From an uncultured Acidobacteriota bacterium (lineage in GTDB: Bacteria > Acidobacteriota > Vicinamibacteria > Vicinamibacterales > UBA8438): DNA of 64,000 nt. Below, in pieces: positions 1 to 9,245 of this stretch. The notes beneath the pieces were generated by a model. That model was not told the origin of the DNA. It saw only the letters and a program-made list of their open reading frames with translations, and did no database searches. The stretch spans positions 64,001 to 128,000 of the forward strand of contig CAJWLU010000004.1 of the NCBI GenBank assembly GCA_913043225.1, in the 5' to 3' direction. Each line of letters begins with the position of its first letter. The stretch's first letter is position 1. A program made the position numbers and the translations under genes.

Positions 1-1
1 C

Positions 2-1657
2 GCGACGGCCGGACAAAGCCTTGAGCAGTACTTCCTGGCCGGACGGCAGCTTCCCTGGTGGCTGGCCGGAACCTCAATGGTGGCTACGACGTTCGCCGCC
101 GACACGCCACTCGCCGTTACCGGCATCGTGGCTGCGAACGGCGTCGCCGGCAACTGGATCTGGTGGAGCGGCGCCCTGGGCAGCATGCTGAGCGTGTTGT
201 TCTTCGCCCGTCTCTGGCGACGGGCCGGCATTCCCACCGACGTGGCGTTCGTAGAAATCAGGTACTCTGGGCGACGCGCCGCGGTCCTGCGCGCGGTGCG
301 CGCGCTCTACCTCGGTCTCCCGATAAACTGCATGATCATCGGCTGGGTTAACCTGGCCATGGCCAAGATCCTGAACGTGACCCTTGGCTGGGACCGTCTG
401 ACCGCCGTCCTGGCCGGCCTGGCTCTGACCGGCGTCTACGTCTCGCTGTCCGGTCTGCGTGGCGTCGTCCTGACAGATCTCATCCAGTTCGGCTTCGCCA
501 TGCTCGGCGCCATCGCCATCGCGGCCTTCGCACTCTCCGACCCGGCCGTTGGCGGCCTCGATGGACTACGAACGCGACTGCCGGACGAAACGCTCCGCTT
601 CCTGCCTACGCTTGACCAGGGCGTCGGCGACACCGCCGCGCTCTCGCTTGCCGCGTTCCTCGCCTATCTGGGCGTACAGTGGTGGGCCAGCTGGTATCCC
701 GGACAGGAGCCTGGCGGGGGCGGCTATCTGGCTCAACGGATGATGGCTGCGCGGGACGAGCGCCACTCGATACTCGCCACGCTCTGGTTCACGCTAGCCC
801 ACTACTGCCTTCGCCCGTGGCCCTGGATCCTCGCCGCCCTGGCGACACTCCTGCTCTACCCTGATCTCGCTGACCCCGAATCGGGTTATGCGTTCCTGAT
901 TCGCGACCATCTTCCGGCGGGCTGGCGGGGTCTCGTCCTCGGTGGGTTCGTCGCGGCGTTCATGTCGACTATGTCGACCCAGCTCAACTGGGGCACATCG
1001 TATTTGGTACACGACGTCTATGCGCGATTATTACGGCCACACGCCAATGAGCGGCACTACGTCCTGGTCGGCCGGCTCACCACGCTCCTGGTCATGGCGC
1101 TCAGCGCCGGGGTGACGCTCCATCTCGAAAGCGTACGGCAGGCATGGGAAATCGTGCTGGAGGCGGGAGCCGGCATCGGACTAGTCCTCATCCTCCGGTG
1201 GTACTGGTGGCGCGTGAACGCCTGGTCCGAGATCGTCGCCATGCTAGCGCCCCTCGTCGGCGTCCTCGTCCTCCGCCTCAGCGGAGGCGCGGCGTTCCCC
1301 GAGTCACTTTTCGTGATCGTAGCCTGGACGACAGTCTGCTGGCTCGCGGTCACCGCGCTGACCGCGCCAGAAACAGACGACACACTGGAAACGTTCTACC
1401 GCCGGGCACGGCCGCCGGGCCCCGGCTGGACCTTTCTTGCCAGGCGAGTCGGCGCCCCGGCCCCGGGCCCGATAACCGGACAGCTACTCGACTGGGTGAC
1501 CGGCGTCGCGATGATCTACGGCGTCTTGTTCGGGGCAGGCACCCTTCTTCTCAACGACACTATCCTCGCATTGCCGATGCTGGGCACTAGCTTGCTGAGT
1601 GGGATGTGGCTCTACCGTCGGTTGACAGCGAGAGGGTGGGGCTCGCCGACCCGGTAG
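2..1657 (+). CDS. Sodium:solute symporter (SSS) family transporter, 5'-truncated by window edge
   Basis: The frame is open from base 2 (ATAGQSLEQYFLAGRQLPWWLAGTSMVATTFAADTP). It carries the SSS-type YFLAGR, QRMMAARD and AAFMST..TQLNWGTSY motifs and many hydrophobic helices. Confidence 0.9.
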   Translation, partial: ATAGQSLEQYFLAGRQLPWWLAGTSMVATTFAADTPLAVTGIVAANGVAGNWIWWSGALGSMLSVLFFARLWRRAGIPTDVAFVEIRYSGRRAAVLRAVRALYLGLPINCMIIGWVNLAMAKILNVTLGWDRLTAVLAGLALTGVYVSLSGLRGVVLTDLIQFGFAMLGAIAIAAFALSDPAVGGLDGLRTRLPDETLRFLPTLDQGVGDTAALSLAAFLAYLGVQWWASWYPGQEPGGGGYLAQRMMAARDERHSILATLWFTLAHYCLRPWPWILAALATLLLYPDLADPESGYAFLIRDHLPAGWRGLVLGGFVAAFMSTMSTQLNWGTSYLVHDVYARLLRPHANERHYVLVGRLTTLLVMALSAGVTLHLESVRQAWEIVLEAGAGIGLVLILRWYWWRVNAWSEIVAMLAPLVGVLVLRLSGGAAFPESLFVIVAWTTVCWLAVTALTAPETDDTLETFYRRARPPGPGWTFLARRVGAPAPGPITGQLLDWVTGVAMIYGVLFGAGTLLLNDTILALPMLGTSLLSGMWLYRRLTARGWGSPTR

Positions 1658-1667
1658 GCGCAAGCGT

Positions 1668-3164
1668 CTACTTGTCGACGGTTACGGTGACCTGTGTCGC
1701 CGTACTTGCTCCATCGAGAGCCCTGAACGCCGTCACCTCCACAGTGAAGGTCTTGCTCGTCTCGCTGGTGGTCCAGTTGTAGGTGTGCGGCACCGAATTC
1801 GCACTGCCAGTAGTCGTAAAGCCGTCGTCGAAGTCCGAGTCATGCGAGAGACTACGGTCGTCGACGGTGACACCGTCGCCGTGAATGTCACTGTAGAACC
1901 TGCCTTCGGGGAACTCGGACTGAATGTCAGGTTTACCGAGAAGACGCTGGGCGCCACGACCAGCGTGATCTCCGCCATTCCGGTCGTGCCATCGGTATTG
2001 CTCGCAGTGACGGTCACCGTACGATTCCCGGCCGTGGTGTAGACATGGCTCGTGCTGTTGCCGTTCGTCCGAATCGACGTGCCATCCCCAAACGTCCAGT
2101 CGAAGTGCTGGATCGGCACCGTCGTCGTGCCCGTATTGGCCGTGAAGGTCACGGCTTCGTTGACCGTCGCCTGCGCCTGACTGGCGCTCAGGGTCACGTT
2201 GAACGGCACGGCCGGCGTCACCCGAACCACGGCAGACGCCGTGACACCCTGTCCGGTTGTATCGACGACCGTCGCCACGACCTGGTAGGTTCCGGCTACC
2301 CCGTAAACGTGCGAGACCGATGCTGTCCCAGTCACACTGCCCAATGCCGCCAACGGAGAACCATCCCCAAAGTCCACCGAAACGGTCGCAATCGGCGCCC
2401 CGCCTGCCTCGACACCGGTCACGACGCTGAACGTCGTGGTGCCTCCGGCCACCAGCGAGGCCGTCGTCTGCGTGATCGAAATCGAGGGCGCCGGATTGAC
2501 CGTCACAGCCACTGTGCCCGTAATGGTGCCGCTCACGGTCGCAGTCACGGTTGCACTAACGCTCGTCGTCAGGGTCGTCGTCGCGATGCCGTTAACATCG
2601 GTCGTCGCCCAAGTGGTCCCCAGGCTGCCCGACATTGCCGAGAACGACACGGGCACGCCATTGAGTCGATTACCGCTCGCATCCGAAACTGCCGCGGAGA
2701 TCTCGACCGCACCTCCCGTCGCTGACAAAACGGCCGGGTTCGCCGTCACCGCATCCCATCGGCCGCCGCACCTCCGATCAGCGCAGTGATGGGTGCTTCG
2801 GTCCGCGCGCTCCCGCTGAACGCCAAAATCTCAGCCGTCCCAGACTGGATACCAGCGCGCAGCGTGACCTTGGCTTGGCCGTTGCCGGTGACGGCCTCGG
2901 TCGGGTCGAGCGTGCCCAGGGTCGACGTAAGCGTCACTAGGGTCCCGTTGTGGGCCGGCGTTCCGCTCTCTTCGATCACGATCGCCGTAAGCTCGGCGTT
3001 GCCGTTGATGGGCAGAATGCTCCGGCTGGATACGACGGTAATCACCGACTGGGTCGGCGCCAACAGCGGCACCTTCTGGCAGAAGCCAAGCACCAGGAGG
3101 GCCGAGGCCCTAAGGCTTTCAGGATCAACCACCGACGAACGGACGTGTGCGTGCGTGGTACCAT
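1668..3164 (-). pseudogene. PKD/Ig-like (Big_1) domain lipoprotein, disrupted by three single-base frameshifts
   Basis: Four frame segments join into one ~499-aa protein: signal peptide MVPRTHTSVRRWLILKALG/ASALLVLGFC, an Ig-like region, and PKD motifs VDFGDGS, FDWTFGDGT and (Y)DSDFDDG...VPHTY...TVTVDK*. Breaks fall near 3109, 2752 and 1843. Confidence 0.75.
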
Positions 3165-3189
3165 CGGTTCTAACATCGATACGACCGGC

Positions 3190-3984
3190 ATGGCTCCCGA
3201 GCAACAACAGCGGCAGTTAGCGAGCGAGCGGGGCTACGCGATGGCTGGCATGCTGGTGGCGATCGCCATCATGGGGATCACCATGTCAATGCTCCTGCCC
3301 TCTTGGAGCACCTACGTCCAACGTGAGAAAGAGGCGGAACTCATATTCCGGGGCGAGCAGTACATGCGCGCCATCGAGCTCTACCAACGTCAGTTCCCCG
3401 GCGCCTACCCCACCGGCGTCGAGATGCTGGTCGAACAGCGGTTTCTCCGTCGTGCCTACCTCGACCCGATGACCGGCTCGGACTTCCAACTGCTCGATCC
3501 GACCTCGGTCACCGCGGCCGTCGGTGAGGTGCAGGAGGTCATACCCGGGGTAAACATCCAGCAGCCTGGAGTGACCCGGGTTCAGCAGAGACCGGCGAAC
3601 CCACGCAGCGAGAGGGCGCCGATGACCGAAGCGGGGCGAGGCCTGGAGAACGGAGACGGGATCATCGGGGTCGCGACCACCGCCACCGGAGACTCCATGG
3701 CGCTCTACAACGGCCGGAACAAGTACGAAGACTGGCTGTTTGTCTACATGCCGCAGGTCACTGACCCCGGCCAGGCGGCGGCTGGCGCATTACCCGGCCC
3801 GTCGCAGAGGAACCCAGTTATTGGCGACCCGTTCGACGGCGTCGAGAATCCGAGCGGAGGCTTCGGAGACCGTCGTGGACCCGGCGGTGCGGATAGTCAG
3901 GGCGGACTGCGCGGTCGGCCTGGAGACAACCAGCCAGGCACTTCACGCGGCACCTCGCCGGGCGGCACGGTCCCTCCAAATTAG
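3190..3984 (+). CDS. Type II secretion pseudopilin-like protein (prepilin N-terminus, no Glu5)
   Basis: ERG|YAMAGMLVAIAIMGI hydrophobic helix, followed by REKEAELIFRGEQY and RFLRRAYLDPMT. The start was moved from 2950 to the ATG at 3190. Confidence 0.75.
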   Translation: MAPEQQQRQLASERGYAMAGMLVAIAIMGITMSMLLPSWSTYVQREKEAELIFRGEQYMRAIELYQRQFPGAYPTGVEMLVEQRFLRRAYLDPMTGSDFQLLDPTSVTAAVGEVQEVIPGVNIQQPGVTRVQQRPANPRSERAPMTEAGRGLENGDGIIGVATTATGDSMALYNGRNKYEDWLFVYMPQVTDPGQAAAGALPGPSQRNPVIGDPFDGVENPSGGFGDRRGPGGADSQGGLRGRPGDNQPGTSRGTSPGGTVPPN

Positions 3985-3998
3985 GAGCCCGCTACGGC

Positions 3999-4436
3999 CT
4001 ACCACTCCGCATAGTTCGAACCGTCCAGTGCCTGGCTCTGGGCACCACTACGAACGTCGAAAATCCCTTGAGATAGCGGGTTCGTCGGATCAAGTTCGGC
4101 CAGCACCGGCGTCCAGGTCGCGTTCGAGTCGGTGAACGGGTCAATCGGAATCGAACGCAGATAGCCCCCGTCTACCAACATGTCCAACGAGCCAGGGTAC
4201 TCGTTCCGATCGGCGTAGTGCTGGTCGATCGCGTCGCGCATCCTGAACAGGTCTTCCTTCAGGACCGCCTCACGCGAACGTCGTACCGCGGTGCCGTAGC
4301 TAACCACGGCGATCCCGGCCATGATCACAACCAGTGAGATGACGATGAGCATCTCAGCGAGGGTCCATCCGTCGGTACGGCGCAGATCACGCCAGTTGCA
4401 GACCGGACGATGCCCACCGTTCCTTTGTCTCACCAT
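3999..4436 (-). CDS. Type II secretion pseudopilin (GspG-like)
   Basis: Prepilin motif DG|WTLAEMLIVISLVV, then MRDAIDQHYAD...YP...LV...YLRSIPIDPFT. Confidence 0.85.
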   Translation of the reverse strand: MVRQRNGGHRPVCNWRDLRRTDGWTLAEMLIVISLVVIMAGIAVVSYGTAVRRSREAVLKEDLFRMRDAIDQHYADRNEYPGSLDMLVDGGYLRSIPIDPFTDSNATWTPVLAELDPTNPLSQGIFDVRSGAQSQALDGSNYAEW

Positions 4437-4933
4437 TCGTTATAGTTCGTTCCGTCAAGGGCACTCGCCCGTGACCTGGTATACACGTCGTAGACGTTGT
4501 CGCCACTCCAACTTGTCGCGCCAGGGTCGTCCTGATAAGCCCGCAACCCCCATTCCTGGCTCTTGGTGATCGGGTCGAACGGAATACGACGGAGAAACTT
4601 CAGCTTGCGTCCAGTCGCGTCGTTGGTAACCTCCACTCCTTCGACCAATGTCTCCAGGTCTGGCGGATACCCCTCGCTCCCAGCTCGCACGTCCGTTCCT
4701 CCGATCATGCCCAAATCGACGGCGTCCTTGTATCTGTCGATCGCCGTACGCATCTCGCGCAAAGACCTTCGCAGCTCAGCCTCGCGCTGCCGCTGCATAG
4801 TGACCTGACTCAATGGCAGCACGGCCGAAGCCAGCACCAGCAGGATGGCGCTGACGACGAGGAGTTCCACAAAACTGTAGCCGCGCGAGGACCGCAGCCG
4901 CTTTAACAGGGACGCAGAGGTCCGGTCGGGCAT
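4430..4933 (-). CDS. Type II secretion pseudopilin (GspG-like)
   Basis: Prepilin motif RG|YSFVELLVVSAILLVLA, then LREMRTAIDRYK...YPPDLETLVEG...FLRRIPFDP. Confidence 0.85.
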   Translation of the reverse strand: MPDRTSASLLKRLRSSRGYSFVELLVVSAILLVLASAVLPLSQVTMQRQREAELRRSLREMRTAIDRYKDAVDLGMIGGTDVRAGSEGYPPDLETLVEGVEVTNDATGRKLKFLRRIPFDPITKSQEWGLRAYQDDPGATSWSGDNVYDVYTRSRASALDGTNYNEW

Positions 4934-4940
4934 GGGCGAC

Positions 4941-5342
4941 TCATTGGACGGTCACCGTGACCGGGGAGAACGTAAGCGCGATTGGCGCCCCACCCGGGGT
5001 CATCTCGGTGCCACTCAGATCGAGTGTAACCGACCCCGGCCCCACCGCATCGAAAAGCACCGCCGCAAGCAGACCCGCTCCGGCCGCGCCTGCCTGGTCG
5101 CTGGCGCGGGTCGCCAAGATGTCTATCCGACCGGCCGCCCCATCGACCTACTGCAGGAAAACCACATCGTTTCGCCCCTGATCCCCGGCAGGAAGCGCGC
5201 CCACCAGGACAGTCGGAGTCACTGGCGGCAGCGCCATCCCTCCGCTCGAGTCTCCTGCCTCGGACGCCCCACATCCGGCCATGGCCAGGCTTGCCAACGC
5301 TAAGCTCCAGAGAGCGCCCGTTCTCTGTTTACGACTCTGCAT
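4941..5342 (-). pseudogene. Remnant of secretin (GspD/PilQ-like) gene: N-terminal fragment fused to C-terminal cohesin-like domain, internal TAG stop
   Basis: ORF 5148..5342 ends in TAG, but the frame continues as VDGAAGRIDILATRASDQAGAAGAGLLAAVLFDAVGPGSVTLDLSG...FSPVTVTVQ* to 4941, which resembles a cohesin beta-sandwich C-terminus. It occupies the slot between pilO and the pseudopilins where a secretin is expected. Confidence 0.6.
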
Positions 5343-5907
5343 CCAGTCCAGCCCAGTAATAGGTGGACAACCCCAGGGTCAGAGTAAGGGCTTCTTCGAC
5401 CTCATCTCCCTTGCTGAGGATGACCTCCTCGATCAGGATGAACTCCGGCGCCGTTTCCACCGCATAGATAAACCGTCGTATGTCTTCGTACTCGCCGGCC
5501 AGCATCATCGTCGTACGAAGCTGCGCAAGCAGGCTCTCCCTCTCCTTTTCGGGCACACTGCTCGAACGCTCCAGCACAAGATCACTCTCTTCAGCGAGCC
5601 GATCGAGAAATGGCGAAAGGATTAGCCGCGCGCCTGCCAGATCCCTAGGGATAACCTCTTGATAAAATCTCTCCAACTCATTGTCAGCCAATGACTTGTT
5701 GTTTATTGCCGTTGTCGCTTCACTAAACGCGGTCCGCACCTGCTCTATCTGTGCGTCCGCGGTGGCCATACGTGCCTCAGATTGAGACACCTTGGCCAAC
5801 CATGGGTTGATCGCGAAGGCATAGAGGACTACATCTACCACTAAGATCGCACCCACCACGGTGACAAATGTTCGCTTTTCAGCCAGGATCCGGTTGAGCA
5901 GCGTCAT
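5329..5907 (-). CDS. PilO/GspM-like inner-membrane alignment protein
   Basis: One N-terminal TM helix, a coiled region and a C-terminal LAGEYEDIRRFIYAVET ferredoxin-like motif; lies after pilN. Confidence 0.75.
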   Translation of the reverse strand: MTLLNRILAEKRTFVTVVGAILVVDVVLYAFAINPWLAKVSQSEARMATADAQIEQVRTAFSEATTAINNKSLADNELERFYQEVIPRDLAGARLILSPFLDRLAEESDLVLERSSSVPEKERESLLAQLRTTMMLAGEYEDIRRFIYAVETAPEFILIEEVILSKGDEVEEALTLTLGLSTYYWAGLDAES

Positions 5908-6590
5908 CTCGGCTCCTCATCGGCCGCGGCTGCCTCCGCAGTCGGAATCGCCTCATCTGTCGCATCGACCGATTCGTCTGTCTCCAGAGAAGCGTCGTTC
6001 TCCTCGGAGTCCGCCTCCTCCCCGACCAGTCCAAGCGCCGGCGTCTGCAGATAACGGCCTCGAAGCACGGCCCGATACATCCCGTCCTCTGTCAGTTCCG
6101 CCTGCCGGTTCAGCACTCCGGTAAAATCGCCCGAAGCCTCAAGCTTGTCGATGAAGCCGCTGATGTCGTCGAGCCGGCGCCCCAGCACCCCCATGGTGAC
6201 CTCGATCCGCTCCGGCGATATATCCGGTTGCACTTGCGTCAGCATGACGTCTGGGGGAAGCGTGGTCTCGATACGGTTGAAGAAATCGGTCCAGGAGAAC
6301 ACTCGCTGATCGATCAAAGCGTTGGCCTCCCGGGCGGCAGCCGCCACCTGCTTAAGCGCTTCCGGCTTCACCGCCTGTTCAATCTGGGCTGTCTGGGTGC
6401 TGAGCTGGGCGGTCTCAGCCTCGGCCGTCTCGGCGCGAGAGACGAGCTCGGTATTCCGTCGGGACAGGTCCGTGATCTCGACGATCTCCAATCCCAGCAC
6501 GGCCAGGCCTAGCACTGCCACCAGGCCGAGACCCAGATACACGGCGCGCTCGTTGTAGAAGGGACGCGTGGCGAGATTGGTACGAAGCAT
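5904..6590 (-). CDS. PilN domain-containing protein
   Basis: MLRTNLATRPFYN start (PilN INLLP-like), TM helix, coiled coil and FSWTDFFNRIETTLPPDVML. The start was moved to the ATG at 6590. Confidence 0.8.
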   Translation of the reverse strand: MLRTNLATRPFYNERAVYLGLGLVAVLGLAVLGLEIVEITDLSRRNTELVSRAETAEAETAQLSTQTAQIEQAVKPEALKQVAAAAREANALIDQRVFSWTDFFNRIETTLPPDVMLTQVQPDISPERIEVTMGVLGRRLDDISGFIDKLEASGDFTGVLNRQAELTEDGMYRAVLRGRYLQTPALGLVGEEADSEENDASLETDESVDATDEAIPTAEAAAADEEPR

Positions 6591-6595
6591 GGGAC

Positions 6596-7564
6596 CTATG
6601 CTGCTGTTTCGGTCGACGAGCGCTCCCGCAACAGGAGTCCCACCGGCGCGGCTAGCAGATCGGGCGAAACACCCTCGGCCCCGGCGCCCGAAAGCGCCAG
6701 CTCCGCACCGATGGCCTGGACCGATACGCCTAACCGGCTTTCGAGCGTGACGCGCAGAACGTCGGCCTCCTCCGGGCTTGTCTCGACCAGGCCGACCACT
6801 AGCAGCACACGCGAGAAACCGGCGCCGCCAAGACGATCCTCGTGGTACATCGTGGTCTGGTGTACCAGATCCACGAGGTTGCCGTCTCCCTCGAAGGAGC
6901 GGTTCCGGAACAGGATCAACTGGCCATGTCGGACCACGGCAATGGTGCTGTAGCTGTGAGCCACGTGGACCAGCAGCCAGTCCCCTTCGCTCATCGTCCG
7001 GCCGGCTAGGACGCCATTGATCAGGCTGAAGCTCGAGAGATCCACAACCCCGGCGTGCACTCCAGCAGCGGAGCAGACCGACTCGTATTCCTCGACTATG
7101 TCGCGGCGCATCAACGACACCACGTACTCCCTTCCGCCGCCTTCGAGCGCGCGTCCCTGAGAGTACGTTACCTGCGCATCCTCCACCCGAAAGGGCGCGG
7201 TCTTGCGCGCCTGCCATCGAACGAGTTCCTTCAAGTCTGCGCTCCGGCTCGGAATCTGCTCGAAGCTGGTCAGCGACACCTTCGCCGCGCTGTCCGGCAC
7301 CACCAGCGCCAGGCGGTTCGGCGACCCAGGCAGCGCCTCGAGCACGTTACGCACCGCCGCTTCGACGGCCGCGCGGTCTCCGAGATTTGAGGCATTCGCC
7401 GACGCTATCAGGGCACCCTCGGGCAACGGCGCCGTGGACACTGCAGTGACCTCTCGCGCGCCCCGTCCCAGCGCAACCCCGGTCACCCGGTCGGTGGCAA
7501 TCTGCAGGCTGACCCCGGCTGGACCCGGAGCAAGTAGACGGCGAAGCCATGCACCTCTGGCCAT
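6596..7564 (-). CDS. PilM-like pilus assembly protein (actin-like fold)
   Basis: LALVVPDSAAKV...ELVRWQARKTAPF...EEYESVCSAAG pattern; lies between the ATPase and pilN. Confidence 0.75.
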   Translation of the reverse strand: MARGAWLRRLLAPGPAGVSLQIATDRVTGVALGRGAREVTAVSTAPLPEGALIASANASNLGDRAAVEAAVRNVLEALPGSPNRLALVVPDSAAKVSLTSFEQIPSRSADLKELVRWQARKTAPFRVEDAQVTYSQGRALEGGGREYVVSLMRRDIVEEYESVCSAAGVHAGVVDLSSFSLINGVLAGRTMSEGDWLLVHVAHSYSTIAVVRHGQLILFRNRSFEGDGNLVDLVHQTTMYHEDRLGGAGFSRVLLVVGLVETSPEEADVLRVTLESRLGVSVQAIGAELALSGAGAEGVSPDLLAAPVGLLLRERSSTETAA

Positions 7565-7583
7565 GATCCTTCCTTAGAGGAGG

Positions 7584-9245
7584 TCACTTGACGAAGGTAA
7601 CCTTGTTGATCTCGCGAATGGTGGTGAACCCCGACAGAAGCTTCTCGACCGCCGAGTCGCGCAGGAAGCGCATACCGTCGGCCCGAATCGCCTGCTTGAC
7701 CTCAGAGGCCGGAGCCTTGGCTAGAATCATCTCCCTGAGTTCGTCGGTCAGGTCGAGCAGCTCACAGAGCGCCGTGCGCCCCCGGTAACCGGTGCCGCCG
7801 CACTCGATACATCCGGTCCCCTCATAGAATTGATGGGTGGTCGCCAGAGCAGTATCCAACCCCGACTCTTCGAGCTGCTGCTCGCTAACCGTCGTCGGCC
7901 GGCGGCACTCGGTGCAGATCATGCGGACCAGGCGTTGCGCCATGACGCAATTCAGTGACGAAACGAACTGATACGCCTCCACACCCATGTTCAGGAACCG
8001 CCCCAGCACGTCGAGCACGTTGTTTGCGTGGACGGTCGTAAAGACCAAGTGTCCGGTCAGCGCGGACTGAATCGCGATCTGGGCGGTTTCCGAGTCACGA
8101 ATCTCCCCCACCATGATCTTGTCTGGGTCGTGACGCAAAATCGACCGCAGGCCCCGGGCGAAGGTCAGTCCCTTTCGCTCGTTGATCGGAATCTGAGTAA
8201 TCCCATGCAGCTGATACTCAACCGGATCCTCAATCGTGACGATCTTGTCTTCCGGCGAGTGAATCTCTGACAGCGCCGCATACAAGGTCGTGGTCTTGCC
8301 ACTCCCGGTCGGCCCGGTCACCAGCACCATCCCGTACGGCTCCATGATGGCGCGCCTGAACCGTTTCAGCTCAGACTCAGCGAATCCGAGGATGTCCAGG
8401 TTCAATTCCCGGAACTGCTCGCTGATCGTCTCTTTGTCCAGGATTCGGATGACCGAGTCCTCGCCATGGACGGTTGGCATGACCGAGACACGAAAGTCGA
8501 TGGTCTTCCCTGGCACCTTGACCTTGAAGCGTCCATCTTGCGGCACCCGTTTCTCGGCGATGTCGAGCTCGGCCATGACCTTGACGCGGGAGAGAATCGC
8601 ACTGTGGAAGTGCTTGTCGACCGGCCGCATGGCCGACTGCAACGTGCCGTCAATCCGATACTTGACGTAGACCGCATCGTCCTGCGTCTCTATGTGAATA
8701 TCACTGGCCCTCCGTTGCAAGGCCGTATAGATCATCGAATCCACGAGGCGAATCACTGGACTAATGTCGCTGGTTAGCCGCTCGACCGTCAGGTGCTCCT
8801 CGCCCGCTTCATCCTCCTGCAGAATCTGGAGCTCGAAGCTCTCTTGCGCCTCATCGAGAACGCGCTGCGAGCCTTCGCTCTTCTTGAGAATCGACTCGAT
8901 GGCCGAGGACGTGCCCACTGTGACCCGGATCGGCATCCCGAGCAACAGCGCCAGCTCGTCGATCATAGGCAGATCGGTTGGATCCGACACCACGATGACT
9001 AGGGTCTGCCCGTCCTTCCGGTGCGGCACGAACCCGTAGCGCAGCATCAAATCGGCTGGGATCGACCTGAACAGCTCCGCGTCGATGCGGAACTTCTCCA
9101 TGTCGACGAACTCTAGCCGATACCGCTCGGCCAGCTGCTGGCCTCGTGCCAACTCTGCGACATGATCGACGGCCTCCGGTTCACCGCCGATGTACAGCTC
9201 CTCGGTGGTCCCGGGCTCGATCTCGGCCTGTGTCTCGTCTGTCAT
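7584..9245 (-). CDS. GspE/PilB family secretion ATPase
   Basis: RRASDIHIE, LDIAEKRVPQDGRF, Walker A GPTGSGKTT, TIEDPVEY, LRHDPDKIMVGEIRD, TGHLVFTTVH, and a CxxC...CxxC zinc motif. Confidence 0.95.
   Translation of the reverse strand: MTDETQAEIEPGTTEELYIGGEPEAVDHVAELARGQQLAERYRLEFVDMEKFRIDAELFRSIPADLMLRYGFVPHRKDGQTLVIVVSDPTDLPMIDELALLLGMPIRVTVGTSSAIESILKKSEGSQRVLDEAQESFELQILQEDEAGEEHLTVERLTSDISPVIRLVDSMIYTALQRRASDIHIETQDDAVYVKYRIDGTLQSAMRPVDKHFHSAILSRVKVMAELDIAEKRVPQDGRFKVKVPGKTIDFRVSVMPTVHGEDSVIRILDKETISEQFRELNLDILGFAESELKRFRRAIMEPYGMVLVTGPTGSGKTTTLYAALSEIHSPEDKIVTIEDPVEYQLHGITQIPINERKGLTFARGLRSILRHDPDKIMVGEIRDSETAQIAIQSALTGHLVFTTVHANNVLDVLGRFLNMGVEAYQFVSSLNCVMAQRLVRMICTECRRPTTVSEQQLEESGLDTALATTHQFYEGTGCIECGGTGYRGRTALCELLDLTDELREMILAKAPASEVKQAIRADGMRFLRDSAVEKLLSGFTTIREINKVTFVK

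Noticed and set aside
5148..5150. Programmed TAG readthrough (pyrrolysine or recoding)
   Set aside because: No pyl genes are in the window, other genes end normally in TAG, and the surrounding gene is already truncated, so a nonsense mutation is the simpler explanation.
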